This document shows positions 19,660 through 29,763 of a stretch of 64,000 bases of DNA, in pieces. The notes under the pieces were generated by a model, which saw only the letters and a list, made by a program, of their open reading frames with translations, was not told the DNA's origin and did not search any database. The stretch comes from Pseudomonadota bacterium. Lineage in GTDB: Bacteria > Pseudomonadota > Alphaproteobacteria > Sphingomonadales > Sphingomonadaceae. Both the position numbers and the translations under genes were made by a program. The first letter of the stretch is position 1; the number at the start of each line of letters is the position of its first letter. The stretch spans positions 2,137 to 66,136 of the forward strand of contig JAZKCD010000016.1 of the NCBI GenBank assembly GCA_040388355.1. Reading direction: 5' to 3'.

Positions 19660-20373
19660 ATGAACGTGCAGCTTCCCTCCCGGAAACCGGAGCAGCTCAA
19701 GCTGACCGTGGACGACTTCCTGCTGCTCAGGAAGGCCGGCGCGTTTGACGATCATTGGCGTCCGGAATTGCTCGAAGGCGCGCCGTTCGCGTCGCCCTCG
19801 CCGGGCGGCGTCGAGCCCGAGAGCGATGCTCATATTCCCTACAAGCTGCGGATCGAAGACTATGAACTGCTTGCAGGCTCTGGAAGCATCGCAGCGATTC
19901 CGAGGACGGAGCTGGTCGATGGCAAGGTCTTTGCCGTGAGTCCTCAATATCGTCCGCATGGGTTCGTGAAGGACGAGCTTGCCTATCGCCTGCGGCGCGC
20001 GCTCGAAGAGCTCGGCCTGCCGCTTTCGGTCGCCACCGAGCAGTCCGTCGCGATCCCGCCGTACAGCGAACCCATGCCGGACGTGATCGTGACCACGGCG
20101 CGACGCGGCCCAGGAGCGATTCCGGTCGCCTCGGTCACGCTCATCGTCGAGATTTCGACCAGCACGCTGCGCTTCGACCTCCTCACCAAGTCAGCAGTCT
20201 ACGCGCGCGCTGGAGTTCCAGAGTATTGGGTGGTGGATGTGGATGCCCGCGTGATCCAGCAGATGTGGGCGCCCCAGAGCGAAGCCTATGCTGAGCGGCG
20301 CGAAGTCACGTTTGGGGAGCGGGTCGTTGCGATTACGGTCGAGGGATTCGCGGTGGAGACGACGGAACTATAG
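19660..20373 (+). CDS. Uma2 family PD-(D/E)xK endonuclease with duplicated N-terminal module
   Basis: SEPMPDV, LIVEIS, TKSAVYARAGVPEYWVVD; N-terminal module present twice. Confidence 0.85.
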   Translation: MNVQLPSRKPEQLKLTVDDFLLLRKAGAFDDHWRPELLEGAPFASPSPGGVEPESDAHIPYKLRIEDYELLAGSGSIAAIPRTELVDGKVFAVSPQYRPHGFVKDELAYRLRRALEELGLPLSVATEQSVAIPPYSEPMPDVIVTTARRGPGAIPVASVTLIVEISTSTLRFDLLTKSAVYARAGVPEYWVVDVDARVIQQMWAPQSEAYAERREVTFGERVVAITVEGFAVETTEL

Positions 20374-20421
20374 AGAGCATTCACGATCCTTGTCGAGGAT
20401 CGTCAACGAAGGGTAAGCGTC

Positions 20422-20709
20422 GTGCTGATCAAATGCCCCACTTGCGAAGGCTCAATATCTTCGAACGCTTCAACTTGCCCGCACTGCGGCGAAAAGCCGC
20501 GTTATCATTATCATAGACGCGACGAAACTCCTGTTGGCAATTGCAAAGAGTGCAACGGCACAGGAAAGGTAGATGGCTTTGTAGAAGCACGTTTCCTTCT
20601 CTTGCCTATCCAAAAACCTGCAAAGGTAACTTGCTGGGTCTGCAAGGGGGGAGGCAAAAAAATGTATGTAAGTGAGAGCGAGGGACGTAGCTGGTTCCCC
20701 ACTGACTAG
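20422..20709 (+). CDS. Small double zinc-finger protein (zinc ribbon + DnaJ-type CxxCxGxG)
   Basis: CPTC...CPHCG, CKECNGTG...CWVCKGGG; GTG start after aaggg RBS; AT-richer than the flanks. Confidence 0.7.
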   Translation: MLIKCPTCEGSISSNASTCPHCGEKPRYHYHRRDETPVGNCKECNGTGKVDGFVEARFLLLPIQKPAKVTCWVCKGGGKKMYVSESEGRSWFPTD

Positions 20710-20726
20710 AGCCCTTTTTTACGCGT

Positions 20727-22406
<1,680 letters not shown>

Positions 22407-22511
22407 TGGATGTGTCTCCGTCGGGAATTTCTGAAGGCGGGAAGTTCGGGCGGGCATGTAGCGACGCCGCCGCGGATTGGCAAACCGGGGCGGGAGGATT
22501 AGACCGCGGTC

Positions 22512-22766
22512 ATGGAACGCCACGAGATCGTCCCCGACGAACGAATCGCGCCGCTGATCGACGCCATCGAACGCGGCGACGAAGTGGTGTTCATGCGCGG
22601 CGGGAAGGAAGTGGCGAAATTGACGCCTGCCCGGCCCGAAGCGCGGCGCGGAAAGCCCATGACAAGCGAAGACCTGCAACGGATGCGCGAGATCCGCGAA
22701 AGCCTGCCGGGCCCGCCCATCGATGCGGCAGCGCTCGTCCGCGAGATGCGTGACGAGGGCCATTGA
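22512..22766 (+). CDS. Type II antitoxin (Phd/YefM-like)
   Basis: LIDAIERGDEVVFMRGGKEVAKLTP; 4-nt overlap with the PIN gene. Confidence 0.8.
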   Translation: MERHEIVPDERIAPLIDAIERGDEVVFMRGGKEVAKLTPARPEARRGKPMTSEDLQRMREIRESLPGPPIDAAALVREMRDEGH

Positions 22767-23191
22767 GCCTGTATTTGGACACCAGCGTTGCGGGTACATT
22801 GCTTCTGCGCGATGCCGGGGCGGATGCCTGCTCCGATTGGCTTGAGCATCGCGCCGAAGATGCCGGATGGAGCGACTTCGCTAACGGCGAGCTGGTGTCG
22901 GCGATCGGTCTGCGGGTGCGGCGCGGCCAGTTCACGGAAACCGACGGAACGCGCATCGTCGATGCCATCGCGGATTTCACGCGCGCATGGCTGCGATTTT
23001 CGGCGGACTCGCCGGATATCGCGGCCGCAACCGGGTTCTTGGCGCAATTCGATCTCGGGCTGAGGCTGCCCGACGCCATCCACATCGCCATGGCGCAACG
23101 GCTTGACTGCACGCTCGTCTCAACCGACCGAAGGCAGCTGAAGGCGGCCCGCGCGCTCGGCGTGCCGATCGCCGACCCCTCGGTGTGCTGA
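22763..23191 (+). CDS. vapC: PIN-domain toxin (VapC family)
   Basis: YLDTSV, ELVSA, LRLPDAIHIAMA, LVSTD. Confidence 0.85.
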   Translation: MSLYLDTSVAGTLLLRDAGADACSDWLEHRAEDAGWSDFANGELVSAIGLRVRRGQFTETDGTRIVDAIADFTRAWLRFSADSPDIAAATGFLAQFDLGLRLPDAIHIAMAQRLDCTLVSTDRRQLKAARALGVPIADPSVC

Positions 23192-23208
23192 CCGATCAGG
23201 AGTAGTTC

Positions 23209-24576
23209 ATGAAGTACCTCTTCCTTCCCTTGCTCCTCGCTTTGCCCCTCCCTGCCCTCGCCCAGACCGCGCCTTCGGTGGCCGAGCTGCGCGACGCCGC
23301 GCTCAAGGACGATCTCGCCTGGGAGATCACCGAGGGGCTCACCACCGAAGTCGGCCAGCGGCTGGCGGGGACCGAGGCCGAGGCGCGGGCGCGCGCCTGG
23401 GCGGTCGAGAAGCTGAAGGCGCTCGGCTTCCAGAATGTCCGGATCGAGACCTACCGGATGCCGGTGTGGGTGCGCGGCGCCGAGCGGGCCGAGATTACCG
23501 CGCCCTTCCCGCAGAAGCTGACACTCGCCGCGCTCGGCAATTCGGGATCGACCGGCCCCGCCGGGATCGACGCCGAGATCGTCTATTTCCCGACGCTCGC
23601 CGATCTCCAGGCCGCGCCCGACGGTAGCCTCAAGGGCAAGATCGCGTTCGTCAGCCATGCGATGCACGCGACGCAGGACGGATCGTCCTACGGCCAGTTC
23701 GGCCAGCCGCGGCGAATCGGCCCCAACACCGCGGCGAAGAAGGGCGCAGTGGCGATCCTGATCCGCTCGGTCGGCACCGACTATCATCGCAACGCGCATA
23801 CCGGCGTGACCAACTGGGACGCCAATGTGAAGCCGATCCCGGCCGCCGCCTTGCCGCTGCCCGACGCCGAGCAGCTCGAGCGCATCCTCAGGCGCGGCCG
23901 GCCGGTGCGGATGCACTTGCTGCTGACTCCGAAGTTCACCGGCGAGGGCGAATCGGGCAATGTCATCGCCGAAGTGCCGGGCAGCGATCCCGGTGCGGGG
24001 ATCGTCGTGGTCGGCGGGCATCTCGACAGCTGGGACCAGGGCACCGGCGCGATCGACGACGCCACCGGCCTCGCGATCACCACCGCGGCGGCGAAGCGAA
24101 TCATGGATGCCGGCCAGCCGCGGCGGACGATCCGGGTGGTCTGGTTCGGTGCCGAGGAAGTCGGCGGCTTCGGCGGCGAGGCCTATTTCAAGGCGCACAA
24201 GGACGACCACCACGTCCTCGCCGCCGAATCGGATTTCGGCGCGGACCGGATCTGGAAGTTCGAGGTCAACCTGCCCGCGAGCGCCAAGGCGGTCGGCGAC
24301 CGGCTCGGCACCGCGCTCGCGACGCTCGGGATCACGCGCGGCACTGCGCTGGCGGGCGACGGCACCGATGTCGGCCCGCTTCACAAGGCCGGAGTCGCCG
24401 CGGTCGATCTCGCCCAGTCGGGGACGCGCTATTTCGACGTGCACCACACCCCCGACGACACGCTCGACAAGGTCGATCCCGAGCAGCTGCGCCAGAATGT
24501 CGCGGCGTGGACGGCAATGCTGGCGGTGGTTGCGAATGCGCCCGAGGAGATCGGGCCCGTGACGCCAGGGCCTTGA
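23209..24576 (+). CDS. M28 peptidase (carboxypeptidase Q/PGCP-like)
   Basis: Signal peptide; GHLDSWD, GAIDDATG, GAEEVG, ESDFG, YFDVHHTPDDT. Confidence 0.9.
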   Translation: MKYLFLPLLLALPLPALAQTAPSVAELRDAALKDDLAWEITEGLTTEVGQRLAGTEAEARARAWAVEKLKALGFQNVRIETYRMPVWVRGAERAEITAPFPQKLTLAALGNSGSTGPAGIDAEIVYFPTLADLQAAPDGSLKGKIAFVSHAMHATQDGSSYGQFGQPRRIGPNTAAKKGAVAILIRSVGTDYHRNAHTGVTNWDANVKPIPAAALPLPDAEQLERILRRGRPVRMHLLLTPKFTGEGESGNVIAEVPGSDPGAGIVVVGGHLDSWDQGTGAIDDATGLAITTAAAKRIMDAGQPRRTIRVVWFGAEEVGGFGGEAYFKAHKDDHHVLAAESDFGADRIWKFEVNLPASAKAVGDRLGTALATLGITRGTALAGDGTDVGPLHKAGVAAVDLAQSGTRYFDVHHTPDDTLDKVDPEQLRQNVAAWTAMLAVVANAPEEIGPVTPGP

Positions 24577-24752
24577 GAAGGCCGGTTAAGCTAAATGGCG
24601 GCGAAATGGCGGGAAACCGGCGAAAATCCGGCGATTACATTGCGGTGCGGTGAATTTGCGATTGACGCGATGGCAGCCTGCGTTATGGCAGCGAACTCGC
24701 ATCGGCATTCGGGCCGGTCGCGTACACGTGCCTATTACACGGAGCAACCCTG

Positions 24753-24983
24753 ATGAAGAAGATCCTCATTGTCGCTGCTGCCGCCGGCCTGATCTCGCTT
24801 GCCGCCTGCAACACCACGCCGACCAACACCGCCCAGGAGAATGCCGTCGAGTCGCATGAAGCGAACGCCGACTACTACCAGGACGTCGCCGACAACAGCT
24901 CGAACGCCGTTGTCGCCAACGCTGCGGACACTGCCGAAGCGGTCGAAGAGAACAAGGCCGAGGCCGCCGAAAACAAGCATTGA
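24753..24983 (+). CDS. Small Ala/Asn/Glu-rich lipoprotein (paralog 1)
   Basis: MKKILIVAAAAGLISLAAC lipobox; ggagc RBS; terminator follows. Confidence 0.85.
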   Translation: MKKILIVAAAAGLISLAACNTTPTNTAQENAVESHEANADYYQDVADNSSNAVVANAADTAEAVEENKAEAAENKH

Positions 24984-25028
24984 GTCGGCCGCGGCGCGCC
25001 GCGAGGCGGGCTGCAGACGAACGAACGG

Positions 25029-25055
25029 GGGCGCTCCTGACGGGGCGCCCTTTTT
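25029..25055 (+). terminator. Rho-independent terminator
   Basis: gggcgctcc-tgac-ggggcgccc-ttttt. Confidence 0.85.
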
Positions 25056-25225
25056 CGTGCGCGCGACGAGTGATTCGCCCCGGGGCAAATGCGGCAGCAA
25101 TTTGTCGCCCGACGCCGCACTGCAACGATTCGTGATTGACGCGCCCGTAACGACCGCTATTGAAAAAGCTTCGCGTCGGCACGGGTCGGCCGCGATAAAT
25201 TTGGTTATTCTAGGGAGCAACCCAA

Positions 25226-25444
25226 ATGAAGAAGCTTCTCATTGTTGCTGCTACCGCCGGCCTGATGACGCTTGCGGCCTGCCAGCCGACCACCACGAAC
25301 AACACCACCACGGTCGAGACCAACGTCGTCGAGGAGGCCAATGCGGCCGTCTATGACAATGTGACCGACACCACCGCCGTCGACAATGCGACGCCGGTCG
25401 ACGCGAACGTGACCGTGGCCAACACCACCGGCAACACGATGTAA
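25226..25444 (+). CDS. Small Thr/Asn/Val-rich lipoprotein (paralog 2)
   Basis: [19 protein letters not shown] lipobox; ggagc RBS. Confidence 0.85.
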   Translation: MKKLLIVAATAGLMTLAACQPTTTNNTTTVETNVVEEANAAVYDNVTDTTAVDNATPVDANVTVANTTGNTM

Positions 25445-25490
25445 TCGGCACCCTGGCCCGTTCGCGGGCCGGGATTGCGATTGCCAAGAG

Positions 25491-25521
25491 GGGCGCTCCG
25501 CAAGGGGCGCCCCTTTCGTTT
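25491..25521. terminator. Terminator between lipoprotein 2 and the convergent tRNA-Pro
   Basis: gggcgctcc-gcaa-ggggcgccc-ctttcgttt. Confidence 0.75.
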
Positions 25522-25541
25522 GGGCTCGGCAAAAAGTCGAG

Positions 25542-25619
<78 letters not shown>

Positions 25620-25744
25620 ACTTGGGCGGCGCTTAGAACATAATCGCGCCGCGGCAAAGCCGCGTCGTCGGTCGGCGCTCAGGCGCCGCCGTCCGGGCGC
25701 GCCTGAGCGTCGCGATAGCGTCGCCATATCAGGCGGCGCGCCGC

Positions 25745-25821
25745 TGGTGGGCCCGGCAGGACTTGAACCCGCAACCTAGCCGTTATGAGCGGCCAGCTCT
25801 AACCAGTTGAGCTACAGGCCC
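25745..25821 (-). tRNA. tRNA-Ile2(CAT) (lysidine type)
   Basis: GGGCCTGTAGCTCAACTGGTTAGAGC-ggccg-ctCATaa-cggct...GGTTCAAGTCC...ACCA; C4:G69 and C5:G68 favour Ile2 over Met. Confidence 0.9.
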
Positions 25822-26870
25822 CCAGCAGGAGCGGCGATAGCGGAAGGTGCGCCTGTGCCGCAAGCAGCGTCCGCCGCGGCGATCAGCTCCGCCAGCGATG
25901 CGTTGCGCACGCCCAGCCGGTCGAGCAGCGCCAGCACCGCGTCCCACCAGCGATGGAACGCCGCGAGATCGGCGGCATCGCGGACATAGGGGGTGTGGCC
26001 GGGCTCGAGCGAAGGCGAGTGGAAGGCGAAGTTGAGGACCCGAAGCCCCTCCCCCACCGCGACGCGCACCGCCTCGAGCGCGTCGGCCAGCGGCATGTCT
26101 TCGGGAGTGAGCGAGACGCGCGAGAGCAGGCCCAGCCGTGCGGCGATCCCCTTGCCCCTGGGCAGGCGGGCGAGCGCGCGGTAGCGGCCGATGCCGCCGC
26201 CCCGCAGACGTCCGGTGAACACGGTGGTGAAGGGCAGCTCGACGATTCCACCGCGCCGGAAAGCCCGATTGGGGATCGCCGCGAAATCGGGGCCGGCCTC
26301 GTCCGAATAGTCATAGGCCGAGCGCATCGAGCTATCGAGGCGGTAGCCCTCGGCGGCGAGCAGCGCGAAGCTGTCTGGCCCGATCCCGTAGCGGCCCGCG
26401 CGGTATGCGAGCGGCCGGGCACCGAACGCCTGCTCGATCGCGGCGGTCAGCGCGGCAAGCTTCGCAGCTTGAAGCGATTTGGGAAGATTGGCGGTGAAGC
26501 TGTTGGGACCGCTCACTTGTTCATCGAACGGCGGGTTGACCCAGGGATGGAGCTGAGTGCCGATCGCCGAGCGCCCGTCCTCGAGCGTTCGGCGCAGGAT
26601 AGCGACCGCTTGGGGTGACGTCGCGATGGGGTGATCGACCAGCCAGGTCAGCGCGGCACCGCGATCGGCGAAGCGGGCATGCGCCGCGGGAATCGCCCGG
26701 ACCGCGCTGACCGCGCGCGAATCGCGGCTGAGCGGCCGGCGCCAGTCGAATTCCTCTTCGGTATCGACGAAGACCGTGAAGCGGGTGCCGAAACCGTCGG
26801 GCCAGTCGACGAACGAATCAGGCTCGGGCGGCGGCACGCGATATCCCGCCGGGCCGTCCCCGCTTCCCAT
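25812..26870 (-). CDS. Polysaccharide deacetylase family protein (WalW-like)
   Basis: VFVDTEEEFDW, GTQLHPW, YRAGRYG, DSS, AFHSPSLEPGHTPY. Confidence 0.85.
   Translation of the reverse strand: MGSGDGPAGYRVPPPEPDSFVDWPDGFGTRFTVFVDTEEEFDWRRPLSRDSRAVSAVRAIPAAHARFADRGAALTWLVDHPIATSPQAVAILRRTLEDGRSAIGTQLHPWVNPPFDEQVSGPNSFTANLPKSLQAAKLAALTAAIEQAFGARPLAYRAGRYGIGPDSFALLAAEGYRLDSSMRSAYDYSDEAGPDFAAIPNRAFRRGGIVELPFTTVFTGRLRGGGIGRYRALARLPRGKGIAARLGLLSRVSLTPEDMPLADALEAVRVAVGEGLRVLNFAFHSPSLEPGHTPYVRDAADLAAFHRWWDAVLALLDRLGVRNASLAELIAAADAACGTGAPSAIAAPAGGL
25835..25863 (-). promoter_or_regulatory. Putative sigma70 promoter for tRNA-Ile2 inside the upstream CDS
   Basis: Minus strand TTGCGG-N17-CTATCG, about 14 nt before the tRNA 5' end. 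Confidence 0.5.
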
Positions 26871-26872
26871 GC

Positions 26873-29053
26873 TCAGTTCAGATGCGCCTGGCCCACCTGA
26901 TGATTAACGGATGCCGGGAGCCGCAAAGTCAAGCTCTCGGGCTCGATCACGAGGCTGCCGCCGAGCTCGCGCGCGAGATTGCGGGCGAGGCGGAGCGCGA
27001 AGCCGGTGCCGAGCAGCGTGGTATCCCCCGCCTCGTCGTCGATGCCGAGCACCGAATCGCCGGGATAGTCGGACAGCGCGGCGGGGCGGTCGATCGCGAT
27101 CGCGACCATGTCGTCGCCTTCCATCGCGGTGCGCACGCCGATCCGCTCGCCCGGGCCGCTTGCCGAGACCAAAGTCGCCATCAGCCGCGCCAGCAGCCGC
27201 TCGACCGCGCGGCGATCACCGCTCACTGCGAGATCGTCGATCGGCAGCGCGATCCCCGAGCCGCGCAGCCCCGCGAGCTGGGCGAGATCGTCGGCAATGC
27301 CCGCAAGCACCGGGCGAAGCTTGACGGCTGCGGGCACCAGCGCGAGCGCGGCGCTGTCGATGCGCGCGGCCAGGTCGAGATCGTCGATCGCGCCGAGCAG
27401 CTCGCGCGCCTGGCCGCGAATCACCGAGGCGCGGTCGCGATAGGGATCGGCGACGGGCCCGAGCATCTGGGTCTCGATCATCTCGGCAAAGCCGGCGATC
27501 GCGTTGGTCGGGGTGCGCAGCTCATGGACCAGCTGGCGAAGCGAATCGGCCGCGGCGTTCGGCGCGGGGCGAGCTGCGGGCTCGGCACGCTCATCGGCGC
27601 GCGGGCGGCGCGCGGTGCCGCGATAGCCGGTGAAGCGGCCGTTGGCAGGGTCGAACACCGGGATCGCCGAGATCAGCCAGTCGCCCGCGGCCTCCGATTC
27701 GCCTTCGATCGCCATGCGCGCGTTGGAGAAGCCCGCGCGGCGGCGGAACGCGCCGGCAGCGACGCCGTCGACCCGCGACCCGTCGGGCAGGCCCTGCAGG
27801 TCGAGCGACAGGCCGACGATCGGCGCGCGGCTGACGCCGTCGACCCAGCGGATCACGCCCTTGGCATCGGTCTCGAAGCGGAAATGCGCGGCGGGAACCA
27901 CCGGGCGCTGGGGCAGCGGCTCGCCGGTGCCTTCCTCGCGGTTGCGCCAGAAGGCATCGATCCGCGCGACCACTTCGGAAATCTCGAAAGGCCCGGTCGG
28001 CGCGGCCTCGGAGCCCGCGACCTCGGGCTCGGGACGCGGCGCGAGCGCGGCCAGGGGTTCGTCGGCAAAGGCGGTATCAACGGGTGCCATGGCCGATTCC
28101 TGAGCGGGTTCAGGCGCTTGCGCAATCGGCTCCGCGGCGGCGACTGGCTCGACTGTCCCGGATTGGATCGCGGGCGGCACGAACGACTCCAAGATTGTCA
28201 CATTCGGCAGCGAGGCGGCGAATCCGGCCAGCGCGACGAACGAGAAATCCTCCTCCAAAGCGGAGGGTTCGGGCAGGCGCGCAGGGACTTCCGCGACGGG
28301 CTCGGCAGGAGGGGTTTCGGGCTCGGCGGCCACGGGTTCGGCTGCGATTGGCTCCGGTTCGGCGGCTTCCGCAACGGGCTCCGACACTGCAACCGCCTCG
28401 ATCACGGGCGGCGGAGCCAGCTGGACCAGGTCGGGGCCAATGACATCGGTCCAGTCCATGATTTCTTCCAGCGGCTGGGCGGCTTCGGCCGATTCGGGAA
28501 TTTCGGCCACGGGTTCGGCCGGCTCGGGCTCGACGAGCACGATTTCCGTCTCGACCGTCTCGATTTCGACGGCAGCGATCACCGGTTCGGGCTCGGGCAG
28601 GGCTTCGGCCACCACCGGCCGCGATTCGTCGGGAAGGACGAAATCGACCGGGCCATAGGTCTCGAGCGCGCGGCGGACGATCGGGCTCAGGTCGCGGCGG
28701 TGGCGCAGGACCTGGCGGCCGCCGGGGGCGAGATCGGGGAGCAGCTCGATCCACTCGGCCGAGGTCAGCCGCGCGCTGCGCAGCACCGGAATCGCGATCG
28801 GCAGCTCGTCGAGCGCGAAGATGCGGACCAGCGGCGCGGGCGGATTGGCATGTTCGAGGCCGCGCGCGCTCGCCGCGCGGACCGCAACCGGCACGTCGCT
28901 GCGAATCCGGCGGAGCACCCCCAGCGCGCGAGCATCGGGATAGACGCGGCGCCGCCCGATCAGGTCGACCAGCTGGCGCCAGGCGGACTGCATCCCGAAC
29001 GCCGTGCCGAGATCCCCGGCCAGCACCGTTTCCAGAGTATCATCGAAGCGCAA
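26873..29053 (-). CDS. Cytoplasmic histidine kinase-like protein (helical N-terminus, PEA linker, PAS, HisKA, degenerate HATPase)
   Basis: LVHELRTPTNAIAGFAEMI; PAS-like FRFETD...GRFTGYRG; atypical ATP-binding boxes. Confidence 0.75.
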   Translation of the reverse strand: MRFDDTLETVLAGDLGTAFGMQSAWRQLVDLIGRRRVYPDARALGVLRRIRSDVPVAVRAASARGLEHANPPAPLVRIFALDELPIAIPVLRSARLTSAEWIELLPDLAPGGRQVLRHRRDLSPIVRRALETYGPVDFVLPDESRPVVAEALPEPEPVIAAVEIETVETEIVLVEPEPAEPVAEIPESAEAAQPLEEIMDWTDVIGPDLVQLAPPPVIEAVAVSEPVAEAAEPEPIAAEPVAAEPETPPAEPVAEVPARLPEPSALEEDFSFVALAGFAASLPNVTILESFVPPAIQSGTVEPVAAAEPIAQAPEPAQESAMAPVDTAFADEPLAALAPRPEPEVAGSEAAPTGPFEISEVVARIDAFWRNREEGTGEPLPQRPVVPAAHFRFETDAKGVIRWVDGVSRAPIVGLSLDLQGLPDGSRVDGVAAGAFRRRAGFSNARMAIEGESEAAGDWLISAIPVFDPANGRFTGYRGTARRPRADERAEPAARPAPNAAADSLRQLVHELRTPTNAIAGFAEMIETQMLGPVADPYRDRASVIRGQARELLGAIDDLDLAARIDSAALALVPAAVKLRPVLAGIADDLAQLAGLRGSGIALPIDDLAVSGDRRAVERLLARLMATLVSASGPGERIGVRTAMEGDDMVAIAIDRPAALSDYPGDSVLGIDDEAGDTTLLGTGFALRLARNLARELGGSLVIEPESLTLRLPASVNHQVGQAHLN

Positions 29054-29233
29054 CTGCCGCCCATCCCTGCTGGCGCCAACAACGCGCGCCGTAAGGATTT
29101 CTTAACCGGTCGGGGCCCCCGCAGGAACCGTCCATTTCGATACGTCGCAATGTGGGACAATTGCGTTGCGGCGTAATAATCTTATGCTTACCGAGAGCAA
29201 ACGGCACGAATGAAACAGGGAGTAGCAGCGGCG

Positions 29234-29698
29234 ATGCGGTTCGATGAAATCGACATGCGGATTCTCGCCCTGCTCCAGGAAAATGGCCGGATGACCAATG
29301 TCGAACTGGCCGAGCGCGTGGGGCTGACCGCCCCGCCCTGCCTCCGCCGCGTCCGCGCGCTCGAGGAGCAGGGCGCGATCAAGGGCTATCACGCCGCGCT
29401 CGAGCCGGCGTCGCTCGGCTACAACCTCACCGTGTTCGCGCTGGTCAGCCTGCGCAGCCAGGCGGAGAGCGATCTCAAGGCGTTCGAGGCGCTGGTCGCG
29501 GACATTCCCGAGGTCCGCGAATGCCATATGCTCAACGGCGAGATCGACTTCATCCTCAAAATCGTCGCGACGGACCTCCAGACCTTCCAGACTTTGCTCA
29601 CCACCAAGCTGACCCCCGCGCCCAATGTCGAGCACGTCAAGACCAGCTTCACCATCCGCACCTCGAAGGCGCTGCCGGGGGTTCCCGTCCGGACCTAG
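29234..29698 (+). CDS. Lrp/AsnC family transcriptional regulator
   Basis: DEIDMRILALLQENGRMTNVELAERVGL...ECHMLNGEIDFILK. Confidence 0.93.
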   Translation: MRFDEIDMRILALLQENGRMTNVELAERVGLTAPPCLRRVRALEEQGAIKGYHAALEPASLGYNLTVFALVSLRSQAESDLKAFEALVADIPEVRECHMLNGEIDFILKIVATDLQTFQTLLTTKLTPAPNVEHVKTSFTIRTSKALPGVPVRT

Positions 29699-29763
29699 CG
29701 TGTGACGCACACCGCTCCCGCTTTCGCAGCGACTGGATCGATTACAAAAAAATGCGATCGCCT

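Noticed and set aside
25745-25821. tRNA-Met or fMet assignment for the CAT tRNA
   Set aside because: Paired G1:C72 and no triple G:C anticodon stem argue against the initiator; C4:G69 and C5:G68 favour Ile2. Elongator Met cannot be fully excluded without tRNAscan-SE.
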